Assembly: GCA_010909165.1 (NCBI GenBank)
Contig: MU008184.1
Span: forward strand, 744,001 to 808,000
DNA from: Anthoceros angustus
Taxonomy: Eukaryota; Plantae; Anthocerotophyta
Direction of reading: 5' to 3'
Length of the DNA stretch: 64,000 nucleotides
Position numbers and translations under genes: made by a program. This document shows positions 12,694-26,800 of this stretch, in pieces. Every line of letters starts with the position of its first letter. The first letter of the stretch is position 1. The notes under the pieces were generated by a model that ran no database searches, was not told the origin of the DNA, and worked only from the letters and a program-made list of their open reading frames with translations.

Positions 12694-15600
12694 TGTGGGA
12701 GGAGATCCGGGCTTCGAGATTCACCCTCTAGTGGCCACACTTATCCCTGTCGCCGTACAATAGGTTTCGTCCCATGAGACTCTTGTGTCGGTCCGCATCA
12801 AGGCACAAACCACCAGCCTCTTCACCCCAAGCTCCTCACTGCAACCCTCACTCCCGCAGCACCACGCCTCACCATCTTTGCCAATCAATCGCTCTAGACC
12901 CTCGACACCCCTCACTAGGTCCACACCCCAGCGGTAGGTCGGTCTACGCGTGACCCCCTCGTTGCAGCGACTTCACCACCCGTGATCTTCCACTATTCCT
13001 TTCCCATCGCCTTCCCACAATTGGCACATCCTCAACCACCAACTCGGCCAGCGCGCCACTCCCTGACCGCCTCCGAATCACCACTCCTGGACCTACAACG
13101 ACATCCTACGGTCGTAGGTCCCGCCCCCTGCAGTAGGTCCACCGTCTCCACGCAGGGACCCCCTCTCTGGGACTTCCACCCGTGATTTTGAGACCTTAGC
13201 CCAGCTTCCGGTCTCGGTTTGGTGCAATTTGGGACCCTCCCTTAGGCTCGACTTGGGCCTTCTTCTTACTCTAATCTCTACCTGCTCCTCTACTCAACAT
13301 TGCTCCATTCTCCTCAACACTCACCTCAACTCAACTCCTCATCCTCCTAATCTAACCTTACTTCAAGCTCCTTGGCTAGCTCGCCCTTACGGCACAACAG
13401 TGCCTACAATAACAAGTTCTTCCTTGGGCGGTTGCTATGAGTTTGCACAGGGCGAGAACCTCCGAGTCTTTCCTGTAGTCTACCCTCAAGCGAGAGTTCC
13501 TTGGGCATCGCCACACACCCAAAGCAAAGCAATTTCACACAACCATTCACAAGGAGCAACTGCGGGCGCCGCAAGGCGAGCCTCCGCCAGCACTCCGACC
13601 ACAACTCCCTCTCTACAGACCTTGCGTTGGCTTGCAGCACGAAATTCCTTCACAAGGAGCAAAGGACTCGCGAGGTGGGGCGCAAGACCGATAATTTTAC
13701 TTCACAAGCTCCCTCCTTTTATAGGGAGGTCCTCACATCTGACCTCCACAGCGCGCCCTCACAGCGCCTCACTCCTTATTTTAGTGTATCCTCCGGACTT
13801 TAAGTTCGACATCCAAGCATCTTGGGTAAAATTCTATTCTAGCAAATTCACCTATGTGAGCCTTAATGGCTCTGTCAACATTCCTATCGCTAGTCAACAC
13901 ACCCTCTTGGGTTGACAAGCATTAATCTGTCCTCCCTAAAGAAAAGTCTCCCCAAGCAAGCCCACGCTCCAAGCTACCACCAACCTCTTCAATTACCTCT
14001 AGATGTCGTCGCCGCACGGTGATCCTACGGATGTAGGGCCACCCTCTACACCTCCTACGGACGTAGGGTCACTTCTTATACCGCCTCCACGCTCCACGCA
14101 AGAAGGTCTCCGTGGCGGATCTTGCTCCATGCCTTCCTCTTCCTCCTCCAAGTCATCCTCTCGGCCTTCCATATACACATCGGATGTGTTGGGCTCTTCT
14201 CACAGCTCCCTCGGTTTCCTAGCACAATTGCTTTCTTCACCATCACAAAATCCACCAAGAGAGCAACTTCAGCCCTTTTCCACTTGCCCTCTTCCTCCAC
14301 GGTCCCACCTAGCTCAACTTGATGTCCTCACATACTCCTTATCTTCAAATCCCTCACTTGCAAGGTCCTAGGCACAAATTCAGCGCCCTTGCCCTCTTCA
14401 GATTGTGCTTCAAATCCCTTCACACACAACTCCTTATGCACGCACACCTCCTTCTCCTTGCACACATGGGCACAGCGTTCTCACCAAGTCCTTGCTAGCT
14501 TTCCTTCATGCACAAGCTCTTCGTCAATTCCTATCTTACTGCCACTCCTACACACCCCGCTTGCATGGCCACACTACCTACCCATATTTCCTTGCATACT
14601 CCCTCCTCTTTAAAACTTCCTAGTGGTTCCCTGCGTGGGGAGACCTCACCACTCCTACGGTGAGGACACTCATCCTACCTATCTACCTACCTAACTAATG
14701 CCGTAGGAGCCCACCTCCCTACATCCCACACCCGCCACACCACTCCTACATACACCCCGCATCTCTATCCCCTACTTGTTCCCTACCTCGGTAGGGACGG
14801 TGCCTTCTTATGGCCCTACCGCCTCCACGCCTCCACCGCAAGAAGGTCTCCGTGAGCGGATCTTGCTCCATGCCTTCCTTCCTCCTCCGAGTCATCCCCA
14901 CGGCCTTCCATATACCCGCCGGATGTGTTGCCTTTCCCGGCTCCGCCCTACACACAATTGCAAGCTTTCTTCACTCGCCACACAAAATCCACCAAGAGAG
15001 CAACTTCAGCCCTTTTCCACTTACTCTTCACTCCACAGTCCCACCTAGCTCAAACTTGATGTCCTCACAACATCCTCCTTATGCGCCCAAATCCCTCACT
15101 TGCAAGGTCCTAGGCACAAAATTCAGCCCTTGCCCTCTTCACAGTGCTTCAAATCCCTTCACACACAACTCCTTATGCACGCACACCTCCTTCTCCTTGC
15201 ACACACACGGCCCGCTGCTCCCACCAAGTCCTTGCTCTAGCTTTCCTGCATGCACAAGCTCTGCACTGCAGCTTCCTAGGTGCCACTCCCTACACACCCC
15301 GCTTGCATGGCCACACCTACACCTACCCACATATATTTCCTTGCTATACAATCTCCTAACAACTTCCAAGTACTCACGCCCACGTAGGGAGACCTCACCC
15401 TACTCAGAGGGAGACACCTCATCCCACCCATCTACCCACTCCACGCCCGTAGGAGCCCCTCCACCCTACATCCTACCCATGTAGGGCCACCGTCACCCTA
15501 CATACTACCCGCATCTCATCCCCTACTTGTTCCCTACTCGAGGGACAAGGTCTCACTTATGGACACGCACCGTCCTACCCATATACATGAATACATACAT

Positions 15601-17356
15601 ACATACATAGTGCACCTCCTTTTTGCTGTAGGGTGCCTCCCTCACACCTCCGTGGGGTGCACCTCCTCCTACGTGGAGTGCCATGCCCTCGTCCACTACC
15701 ATCCTCTCCATCCTCGTTCGTGCACCACCCTCGTACCACTTTTGACACCTATGCACACTTTGTCCATGTAGGGCCACCGTCACCCTACATACTACCCGCA
15801 TCTCATCCCCTACTTGTTCCCTACTCGAGGGACAAGGTCTCACTTATGGACACGCACCGTCCTACCCATATGAATACATACATACATACATAGAGTGCAC
15901 CTCCCTTCACCGCCCCGTAGGGTGCACCTCCTCACCCAGGGTGCACCCCTCCCTAAGTGCCATGCCCACGCCCACTCATCCCACTACCATCCTTCAGCAC
16001 ACCCTACGTACTCCACTTTTGACACCCCATGCACCCTTCAACTCCCATGTAGGAGCCCCTCCATTCTTGTAGGGCCAACTATCACCCTACACCTACCCTC
16101 AGGGGCTCTCATGTGACTTCTGCAAATATAATAAGCTGAAACACCTCACACAAAAGGCACCCCATCTCACTACTGATCCACCCCTAGGACGCTTAACTTT
16201 GGAGTTCTTACTGCTTCATTGTCCAACACACCCAATTGGCTTGTGCGTAGCACTAATTATGAATAAATTGGACTTATTCCCTAGTAAACTCCTCACGCCT
16301 CGACAACATCTCGTTTCAACCCTCCTTGCTACCCATTTCTCCTCGCGGCCACCACAACGGCCTCCCTTCACTTTGACTTGCAGCCCCACGCAAATTCCGT
16401 CATGATGCACACCCGTTGTGATCCTTCACCATGTTGCACGCAACACCTTCCTATGGTTTGGCCACACCTCCATCTTGCAGCCCAGCTACAAATTCAGCCG
16501 TGAGTGCTCTACCACGGCCTTTCCTAGTTCAATACACCGCCATCCTCACATCGTGACTCCATTGAGCACTTCCATGTGCCTCGGCACCGCCATGGCCTCC
16601 TCTTGCAACCCTTGTGGCTGCTCACCCTCAACATGAGCTCCTCGCTCCCATCCTTGCACCAATTGCTCCTCTCTCGCATCTTGAGCTCCCAACCTAGAGC
16701 CACCGGATCCACAATTCCACCATTACGGGCACTTGGCCCATCTTCCTGCAGCAACCCTTGCCACACATCTCTACCTAGCAGTCCTCCTTCGCAAAATCTC
16801 AGCAATATGAGCACTGCCCATGTCTCACTTCTTCCACACATGTGGCAAATTACTTTGCCTTCCCTCAAACTTGGTGGTGGTCAATAATCGTGCCTTTGCC
16901 TCGCAAGTTTATCAACAGCAGCTATGGCAACCTCAAGCTACTTCCTTGGCTTAATTGCCTTCACCCTTTTCCCACCGTGGTAGGAGCCACTACGCCCAGA
17001 GGTCATCAAAACGCTAGCTGGGCCACTCAAGGGGAGGACATTCTCCCACCCATACCATGGGGTAGGAGTTCTCCACTTAGCCTACCGTGGTAGGAGTTTC
17101 TCCCACGTGGTAGGATACCCCCACCACGTAGGACATCTCCCACCGCTCACATATGTCTCCTACCCTCCTCACTAGAAGGTCATTTCGATCCGCTTTTCCC
17201 TAAGTATCCTCTCTCTTCCCGACAAAGATCCCACAGCCCTTCCAATCGGAACAAAACATTTCTCGCATGTTTCCACCAAACCATTTCTATCAAAAGCATT
17301 GGACTGCTCAAAAACAACTCACTTAAACCATTTTGCCCAAACTCTTATGCTCCACA
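12694..17356 (-). repeat. 5' LTR of family X copy 1 (~4.7 kb, enlarged by internal tandem duplications)
   Basis: Same termini as 5390-9002. Extra copies of internal blocks lie around 14.0-15.9 kb. Confidence 0.85.
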
Positions 17357-19289
17357 CCAAGTGGCTTGATGATCGCGACTTATGCTCCAAAGAGTCGGAG
17401 TGCACCAACGTCCGGCCAAGACTTTATACTCCAAAGAGGTGCACACACCGGGTTTGGAGAGGGTTGCAATACTTGTGTAGGCAAGCACTTTCGCTCGTTG
17501 CTGCACACTTGCCACCGCACCAACACTCACATCAATTCTCTTTTCAAACCCGTGATTGAGCAATCCTGCACAGCATACCTGCGGCCCGGCCCTGTGGAGA
17601 TAAGCCGCACTTAGATCTGGCAGATTAGGCCCCGGCAGAATTGACAAGGTAAAGGATGGTGAGGCCTCCTCAACCGCTCTTGATCAAACTCTTCGAGCTT
17701 ACATTTCTTCTTGTCAAGTCCGCTGCTTTCAACCTTAATCTATCCATGGGTGGCACATGGAGCAAGTCGATCTTAAATTCAAAATCTCCGGCGAAGCTTG
17801 GCTATAGTTCTCTGAACACCTAGCCGCGCCACATGTAGTGGGCGCTGGGTATAGACAGTCCTCCTTCGAGCCTCAAAAATACTCACCATTTGGTCAAACT
17901 CGGGCGATCAGCCCTCTTTCTTCAGATACTACTGGCTCTCACTAGGGCTCAGCTGTGCAGATGCTCTCTTATACTTGTGTTCGATCGCATCCGATGCTTT
18001 CATTACTCAAGGACAAATCATCTATTCTATTTATTTTCTTGCTTCTCCGCAAAACATTGTGAAACATTGTCGCCTTCAAAAGGTTGGCCATTAGAAACCA
18101 CCATCATACATGTCGAATTTTGGAAAATGTAGCTCATCTAGAAACCAAGGCCTATGCATCTATACGTGCATCAAATTCGAATGAGTCGGACATTTGGCGC
18201 ACCAATCAAAGAGATCCAGCTGCAAGTCATCGGTAGGGGCACATAGAGTAAGGCCACAAAGGTTTAACATGTTGTATACAAAGCGAATGTGGAATATAAC
18301 ATCAACCAACAAATGATTTTCAAAAATAATATTCATGACTTTACACCTAGATACCGGGATGATTTACAAATTTTTCAAACCACTAAAAATCAACACTCCA
18401 TCCTGGTATTGATACGCCTCTAGGTTGCTTAACAGTGGAATTCTTACAAAGTTTTCAAAGCACCAAAAAAAAGCAAACCATCCTAGTACTAATCCGACCC
18501 AAGGGTGCTTAGCCGTGGAATTCCCAAAGCACCAAAGTCAAGCACCCCATCCTGGTACTGATCCGACCTAAGGGTGCTTAACCTTGCAGTTCTTATGCCA
18601 TTGAGTCTACCAACACCTATCCCGAGATGCTGAAGACAAACAATATATATACATTTGGCGGACGTCCCGATCCACTCCACCATTTCCATCTGGACGCCCA
18701 CAAGATTGGGGTCTCAAAAATGCGCCGGACGTCCGGCGCAGTTTTAGCACTCGCCCAATGTGCCGAACGTCCGCATTGTTCCAATTCCTTCTATGTTTTT
18801 CACTCTAACAATGGAGATCCGGGTTGTGTACTAAAGGCACAAACGTCCAGCGCTACTTTTAGAGTCGTAGTTTGGTCCTCTCGAGATGGCCATGATCGAG
18901 GCTATCGGTTAATGTTCTTCACAATTGCGCCGGACGTCCGCAGCTGTTTCTTTCACTTGAATTGCTACTTTGCGTGTTGGTTGCGGACGTCCGCGCTTTG
19001 GCTTTCTGGACTAATTTTGTTTGGTTTTGCCTACTGCTCACCCCGCTAGGAAGTACTATCGCTGCGAAGAGGTGTTTAGGATTCCTAGCACGTTAAAAAT
19101 CCTTGAAATCCCTTCCTTGTGAAGGTGAAATCCATGAACCTTCTTCGGCTTAAACCTCATAGCGTAAGTATTCACGAGAAAATAACATGGTCAATGTCTT
19201 TCAAGACATGTCTAAAGAGTGGTTTTGCTAAAGATGATGCATTTTGGCCTGCTGGGGTCATTTTTGGTCTTTAGGACCCAAACCCCTTT

Positions 19290-20405
19290 AATGGAGAAAA
19301 CCTATGCCGAGAGACGTACTGCTGTAAGAGGTACTAAGAAGAAAGGCACCATTTGTAATTGGTGCAGGATCCCAAATCACATGGAAAAGGACTATTACAA
19401 AAAGAGGAACGGGGAACCTCGCAAGGAGGCCCCATCAGGAGCTAACGTTACTGTGAAGAAATCTTCAACAACATCTTCTGCATTATTAATGCATGAACCC
19501 ATATCAACTCCTACAGTGCTCACTGTTTGCCTGGCAAGTTCCAAGCAAGTTAATACCCCGTGTATCTCGACAGTGGAGCGACCTCACATATCTGCAACAA
19601 CAAGGACTCTTTGAGTCATATTCCCCATCTTCCGGACACAAGACTGTCCTATTGGGTGATGATCATAACCTTCCCATAGCTGGAACTGGTTCAGTTGTTT
19701 TCAGATGTAATTCAGGTCAAGATTTACACCTCCATGACGTCCTTTATGTACCCTCCGTGTGCAAGAATTTAGTATCAGCTGCAAGTCTCTACGAAGAGCA
19801 TGATATGCAAGTGATCCTTTATTCAGGTAGCTGTCTAGTCTCTTATTTAAGTGATAGATACAACACCATCTGTTCAGGCACTAAAGAAAACGGCCCTTAC
19901 CGCTTGTCTGTACAAGCGGGAGCCTCTCATTCTGCTTATGTTGCTCTGCACAATACGACACCTCTCACACTATGCTTTGGCATTGTCGCTAGGTCTAGTC
20001 AAATTACAAGAAATGTCAAAAGGGAATTTATATCGAACCCCTTGCCTTGCAAAGGTTGAGCACCTCCCTTGGTGCGAAACTTGTGTCCTCACTAAGAGAC
20101 ATCAAGAGCCTTTCAAAAACAAAACTCCTCAAAGGGCTAAGTCATCTTTAGAGATAGTTCATACAGACATTTGTGGTCCCCTCTCTACACCCTCCTTTAG
20201 TGGTAGTAGATATTTCTTGACCTTTACAGATGACTACTCTCGTTTTGTCCTTACCTACATCCTTCCAAATAAGAGTGATGTATATCAGTTCTTCAAGGAT
20301 TACATGGCATGGGCTGAGAGATTAACAGATAAGAAACTCAAGACCTTACGTTCTGACAATGGTGGAGAGTTTACATCTAATCAATTTATGGAGTTCTTAT
20401 GCCAT
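19290..20405 (+). pseudogene. pol: Copia Gag zinc knuckle, protease, GAG-pre-integrase and partial integrase (first of two tandem copies)
   Basis: CNWCRIPNHMEKD(C/Y) knuckle; YLDSGATSH protease motif; CETCVLTK; LEIVHTDICGP...YFLTFTDDYSR...LRSDNGGEF. Confidence 0.9.
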
Positions 20406-21079
20406 TGAGTCTACCAACACCAATGCGATGAGGACAAACAATATACATTTACACGGACGTCCGCGATCCACTCCACCATTTCCATCTCACCGACGCCCAC
20501 AAGATTGGGGTCTCAAAAATGCGCCGGACGTCCGGCGCAGTTTTAGCTCGCGCCAATGTGCCGAACGCCCACGGCGATTGTTCCAATTCCTTCTATGTTT
20601 TTCACTCTAACAATGGAGATCCGGTTGTGTACTCACAGTATCAAACGCCAGCTACTTTTAGAGTCGTAGTTTGGTCCTCTCGAGATGGCCATGATCGCTA
20701 TTTAATGTTCTTCACAATTGCGCCGGACGTCCGCTTGTTTCTTTTCGCTTGCGAATTGCTACTTTTATGTTGGTTGACGTCCCAGCTTTGGCTTGCTGGA
20801 CTAATTTTGTTTGGTTTTGCCCACTGCTCACCCCGCTAGGAAGTACTATCCTCATGAAGAGGTGTTTAGGATTCCTAGCACCGTTAAAAATCCTTGAAAT
20901 CCTTCCTTGTGAAGGTGAAATCGAACCTTCTTCGCTTAAACCCCTTAGTGTAAGTATTCACGAGAAAATAACATGGTCAATGTCTTTCAAGACATGTCTA
21001 AAGAGTGGTTTTGCTAAAGATGATGCATTTTGGCCTGCTGGGGTCATTTTTGGTCTTTAGGGACCCAAACCCCTTTAAT

Positions 21080-22947
21080 GGAGAAAAACCCCTATGCTGA
21101 GAGACGCTGTTGTAAGAGGTACTAAGAAGAAAGGCACCATTTGTAATTGGTGCAGGATCCCAAATCACATGAAAAGGATTGTTACAAAAAGAAGAACGAG
21201 GAACCTCGCAAGGAGGCCCCATCAGGAGCTAACGTTGCTGTGAAGAAATCTTCAACAACACCCTCTGTATTATTAATGCATGAACCCATATCAACTCCTG
21301 AGCCCCTCACTCTTGCCTGGGCAAGTTCCAAGCAAGTTAATACCCCGTTGTATCTCGACAGTGGAGCGACCTCACATACCGCAACAACAAGGACTCTTTG
21401 AGTCATATTCCCCATCTTCCTGACAAGACCGTCCCTATTGGGTGATGATCATAACCTTCCCATAGCCGGAACAGTCTTTGTTTTCGATGTAATCAGGTCA
21501 AGATTTACACCTCCATGACGCCTCCATGTACCCTCCATGTGCAAGAATTTAGTATCACCAAGTCTCCAAGAGCATGATATGCAAGTGATCCTTTATTCGT
21601 AGTTGTCTAGTCTCTCTTATTAATGATAGATACAACACCATTTGTTCGTGCACTAAAGAAAACGGCCTATACCGCTTGTCCGTATGCCGAGCCTCTCATT
21701 TATGTTGCTCACAAACATACTTCTCCTATGCTTTTGCATTGTCGCTTAATAGTCAGAAATTACAGCAAATGTCAAAAGGGAATTTATATCGAATTCCTTG
21801 CCTTGCAAAGGTTGAGCACCTTCCTTGGTGCGAAACTTGTGTCCTCACTAAGAGACATCAAGAGCCTTTCAAAACAAAACTCCCCAAAGGGCTAAGTCAT
21901 CTTTAGAGGTAGTTCATATAGACATTTGTGGTCCCCTCTCTACACCCTCCTTTAGTGGTAGTAGATATTTCTTGACCTTTATAGATGACTACTCTCGTTT
22001 TGTCCTTACCTATATCCTTCAAAATAAGAGAGTGATGCATACTTCTTCATGATTACATGGCATGGGCTGAGAGATTAACAGATAAGAAACTCAAGACCTT
22101 ACGTTCCGACAATGGTGGCGAGTTTATATCTAATCAATTTGGGGTTCTGCCGAGCTGAAGGTATAGCTCAACAACTCACAGTTGTATATACTCCTCAACA
22201 AAACGGCGTAGCTGAGAATAAGAACCTACACCTCCAAGAGATCACTGGCTGCTTATTACAACAAGCTAATTTATCCAAAGCTTATTGGGCTGAGGCCCTT
22301 CTTACAGCCACATATCTCATGGATCGATTGCCTACATCAGCAGTGCAAGGTATGACACCTTATGAAGCATTCACTGAATAAGCCTTCTATTGATCATCTT
22401 CGGATATTTGGATCTCCTGCATATGTCTTTATTCCTAAAGCATTGCGTAAGAAGTTAGATCCCAAAGCAGCCAAGTACATTTTTATTGGCTACACCGAAG
22501 GTATCAAAGTGTATAAATTATTTCACCCATCTGTAAGGCAACTCCTTTACGCCAGGAGTGTTACTTTTAATGAGGCTTACCTATTTTCCCCAGCAGTGGG
22601 AGATGATACGGCTGCTTCGTCTCTTGATGAGACCACTGACTCTTCCTTCTTTGATGAAGACGACTTCATCACCCATTTTCCAGTTCCTGCTTCTTGTGTT
22701 TCTGTTGTTGAACCCATTATGCAGGAGGAGGAGGAGTTAGCATCTATTCCACAACAAATACTAATATGGACATCCCCCCAGAGGAGCCAGTCGACACTCA
22801 TGCTGAAGATTCTGAGCTTGATGGCTGCCTGGAGGATATTGAAATGGAGCCTGATGATCCCAATGAAGATCCAGCTCATGTGGAATACGATGCACCTGCA
22901 CAAAGGTACAACCTCAGATCACGACCTACAATTCAAGGTCCTGTAGG
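21080..22947 (+). pseudogene. pol: Copia zinc knuckle-protease-integrase-SH3 (second tandem copy), cut by the Gypsy insertion
   Basis: LYLDSGATSH; YTPQQNGVAE; YWAEALLTATYL; HLRIFGSPAYVFIPKALRKKLDPKA; RYNLRSR. Confidence 0.9.
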
Positions 22948-23579
22948 TGTGGAAGACCACATATACACTAGCCCCTCTCTGAAGTGTCGGGATGAATGAT
23001 TTTTTTTTGTTTTGAGAGTGTTTGTATAGCAAAGTGCTTTGAGAATCGCCTGGGTAAGGTCTTTTATACGAGAATGGTCCTTGGCCCTTGGGATAATAAT
23101 TTGTTTTTTTTGAACCTTAGGTTTTTCGACCCCGGATAGGTAGGTCGGAGATAGAGTCCTTGGGTTTTGGTGATTTTAGAAATAAGAAAGTGTCTATATA
23201 TGTTAGGGTGCACCGCCACGCCGCGAGGAGCTGGGCCCACCACGGTGGCCAAGAACGGACGCATGTACTGGGGGAGTTTACAACCCTAGTGGCGAGCGGG
23301 CCGCCTGACCGGAGAATCGAGAGACACACCCAAGACCGCGAGGTAAATTCGCTGTGGCGGCCGGGCGAGAGCGGGCGCGCGATGCAACCGCGCCGGGCGA
23401 GCCTCGCTCGCCAGGTGCAGGGACGACGCGGCTACCGTGGTGGCGGCGAAAAGAGAACCGGCGCAGGGCGAGGAAAGAGACGCGAGGCAAGAGCGCCAGC
23501 AAGCAAGTGGAGGAGGCAGCGGGTGGTGTTCCCTTTTCGACCGGCGTTTGCGGAGTGTTGGGTTCTTTTCAGAAACAAG

Positions 23580-26500
23580 GAGAAAGAGATGGCGCCCGAG
23601 GGCCGAAATTTCTCATGCAAAGGCCCAACATGGACCATCGGAAGGTGAGAGCGGCAGCTGCGTGTGGAGCCGGTCCGGAATTTATGGAGAAGAAATGGTG
23701 TTACGACAACCAAAGATTGGTGCAAGAGTGCGCCCGCAATTGAGAACCAAGTTGCAAGAGGGAGACGCGAGGAAGAGGCCGCAAACTGGATTTGGGACTC
23801 TTTCGAGCAGGTATGGGCGAGAAGCATCGAGGATGGAAGCTTGGTAATTGACCCCAGAGAAAGAAGACCCCGAGCCGCAGCCGCGCCATGCCTGGGAAGT
23901 GAGAGTGAACAATGGATGGGTGACTCGCCAACTCGTGCCCACTGTGGGATTAGCCAAGTGGATTTTGTGTTTCCGCAATCAAGTTGGATCATATGCATCA
24001 CTCGGTCTTTCTTCATGAGGTGGTTAAAGGTACACAAATCGATTGGGGCGGATGATCTTTGAAAGAGCCTGTGAGGAGAGGCGAATTTGCTCCTTCCTCG
24101 GCCCTCCTTGATTTCACCTTTTCTAATTCATGTGTTCGCGCATTCCGGTGTCTAACGAGTTGAAGTCGTGTCCGCCTTCATAGCTGGAAACCGGTGGAAC
24201 CCAAGGTAGAGGAGGAGAGGTAAGGAAGATTCGGAAGGATTCCAGTAGCTGGGAATGCGCCCCTAGAAGATCTTGATGAGACCATCGACTCTTCCTTCTT
24301 TGATGAAGACGACTTCATCACCCATTTTCCAGTTCCTCTTGTGTTTCATGGTTGAACCCATTATGTGAGGAGGAGGAGGATTAGCATCTATTCCACAACA
24401 AATACTAATATGGACATCCCCGGAGGAGCTTGACACTCATCGGGAAGATTCGAGCTTGATGGTGTACGGAGGATATTGAAATGGAGCCTGGATCCCAATG
24501 AAGATGAAGCTCATGTGGAATACGATGCACAAGGTACAACCTCAGATCACGACCTACAATTCAAGGTCCTGTAGGTGTGGAAGACCACATATACACTAGC
24601 CCCTCTCAAGTGTCGGGATGAATGATTTTTTTGTTTTGAGAGTGTTTGTATAGCAAAGTGCTTTGAGAATCGCTGGGTAAGGTCTTTTATACGAGAATGG
24701 TCCTTGGCCCTTGGGATAATAATTTGTTTTGAACCTTAGGTTTTTCGACCCCGGATAGGTAGGTAGATAGAGTCCTTGGGTTTTGGTGATTTTAGAAATA
24801 AGAAAGTGTCTATATATGTTATGCCTACACACCTTGCCGCGATGTTGATCAAGCGGGGTAGTTCCACCACGGTGGCGAAGAGCAGGGCGTCTGAGACCGG
24901 GGAGTTTACAACCCTAGTGGCGGGAGGCGCACGGTCGGGCGCAGGCGAGAAAGGACACACCCGGCCGCGAATTCAGGGAGGCGTCGGGCGGCTGCAGCAA
25001 GAGGCCTGGCCGCGCTGGGAGCCTCTGCTTATGCGGGTTGACGGGCGTCGGTCAGGGCGCAGTGGCGGAGGAAAGAGAACAGTAGGCGAAGGAGGAAGAG
25101 GAGGGCAAGCGCCCGGGCGAGTGGAGGAGGCCGAGGTGGTGTTCCCTTTTCGACCCGGCGTTTGCGAGTGTTGGGTTCTTTTCAGAAACAAGGAGAAAGA
25201 GATGGCGCCCAGCTGCGGCCGAAATTTCACCATGCGGTGGCCCAACATGGACCCTTTGGAAGGTGAGAGCGGGCGACTGGTGCGAGGCTGGTCTGGAATT
25301 TATGGAGAAGAAATGGTGTTACGACAACCAAAGATTGGTGCAAGTCGAGGTGAGAACCAAGTTGCAAGAGGAAGAGGCCGCAAAGCGGGATTTGGGACTC
25401 TTTCGGCGGTGTATCGAAGCATCGGAGGATGGAAGCTTGGTAATTGACCCCAGAGAAAGAAGACCACGAGGCTGCGGTAGTGCTCATGACTGGGAAGTGA
25501 GAGTGAACAATGGATGGGTGACTCGCCAACTCGTGTATCTGCCTGGTGGGATTAGCCAAGTGGATTTTGTGTTCCCTGAGCGGAAGTTGGATCATATGGC
25601 GGATCACTTCTTGGTCTTTCTTCATGAGGTGGTTAAAGGTACTCAAATCGATTGGAGGATGATCTTTGAAAGAGCCTGTGAGGAGAGGCGAATTTGCTCT
25701 CCCTTCCTCGGCCCTCCTTGATTTCTAATTCATGTGTTCGCGCATTAGGGTGTTTAGCGGAGTTGGAAGGCGTGTCCCTTCATGCATGGTTGGAAGCCGG
25801 TCGGGGAACTCAAGGTAGAGGAGGAGTGTAAGGAAGATTAGGGAAGGATTCCCGGTTGGGCGCCCTGAAGATTCGGAAGGTGGGGAGGTTTCCAAGGGCA
25901 AGAAGCGGAGGGCGCGACGGCCGAACGGGTCACAAGAAGGGAAGGATGCTGCAAGAGGAACCCACAGCCACACCTAGGGTCACCAGTCGGGCAGCAGGAA
26001 CGCAGTGAAGGAGGAGAAAATAAAGGGAACGACAAGTTGTGCCCCTCTCGGGGAGGAGTCGCCGCCGCTAGGAGAGATTGGAGCGGATGAGGAGATTGTG
26101 GCAAACCAACCCCTAGAAGAAGAGGGGTTAGTTCGATAGCCAAGTCCGCGGAGCTCGAACATTTTTGGCGACATTTCACCGACCCCCTCAAGTGGAGGTG
26201 ACACACCGCGAGAATTGTTGTGGAAGGAATGGGCATGGGCACAATGGGAATGCAGTTGACTCGCCATGGCTCGACGCAGCGGATCTCCTCGACCAGCCCC
26301 ATGGCTCTCACCGGCCGAGTGCAGGCCACAGAAAAGTTGCTCAAGGAGAAGTTGGAGAGCCCGAAGGCGAGAACAAGGTGGCGAGGAGCGCAGACGGAAT
26401 GCGAGGCGGCCCTATGCAAGGCATGTGAGCAAGGCCATGTCCACCCAACAGAGGCCTTAGTGAATCAGTCAAGGGGCGATGCTACAATTGAAGAGCTTCA

Positions 26501-26800
26501 AGATGAGGTCTCATGAGCCTGTGAACAATGGAAACAATGGCGCCCGAGAAATTCAAGAAGTCCGGAGATACAAGCGAGAGAGATGAAGCTAGGGCCGAGT
26601 CAAGAGAGAGGTGGCCAAACCAAGAAGGCGAGCACACGCCGCAGAGCGCCACCACCGTGAAACTACCACCACGGTGGCTAAACCGCCACCGCCGTGGAAG
26701 GAGGAACCGAGGTGGGGAAGTCACCGGCGGAGCAGATGGGATACGATCCCGAAGGCGCCTGTGGATTGTCCACGGAGGAGAGGGTAAGAACCTCGTAGTC
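23580..26800 (+). pseudogene. Accessory ORF inside the Gypsy LTR (retrotransposon-associated domain plus coiled coil), frameshifted and partly duplicated
   Basis: Protein-like frames such as GLEFMEKKWCYDNQRLVQ...HEVVKGTQIDWRMIFERAC and a coiled-coil block EKLLKEKLESPK...ATIEELQDEV. The same blocks recur in the 3' LTR (35190-37900). Confidence 0.55.

Larger units (their letters stand above)
5390..17356 (-). mobile_element. Non-autonomous Gypsy-type LTR retroelement with giant LTRs (family X, copy 1); no pol
   Basis: TGTGG...CCACA termini and a 5-bp TSD CCAAG (5385-5389, 17357-17361). Direct repeats at 5390-9002 and 12694-17356. PBS and PPT lie on the minus strand. The 3.7-kb interior has no RT or integrase motifs. 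Confidence 0.85.
5234..19286. mobile_element. Unclassified insertion (~2.1 kb of its own sequence: 5234-5389 + 17362-19286) separating the Copia gag halves; possibly a non-autonomous TIR element
   Basis: Non-Copia sequence on both sides of the CCAAG-flanked LTR element. The ends show weak inverted similarity (GGGGTTTG...CAAACCCC), and CGGACGTCC(G) palindromes repeat at 18655-18995. No clean TSD. Confidence 0.35.

Noticed and set aside
5469-17300. Dozens of Pro/Ser/Leu/His-rich short ORFs in the family X LTRs
   Set aside because: They are not conserved in frame between LTR copies and reflect C/T strand bias.
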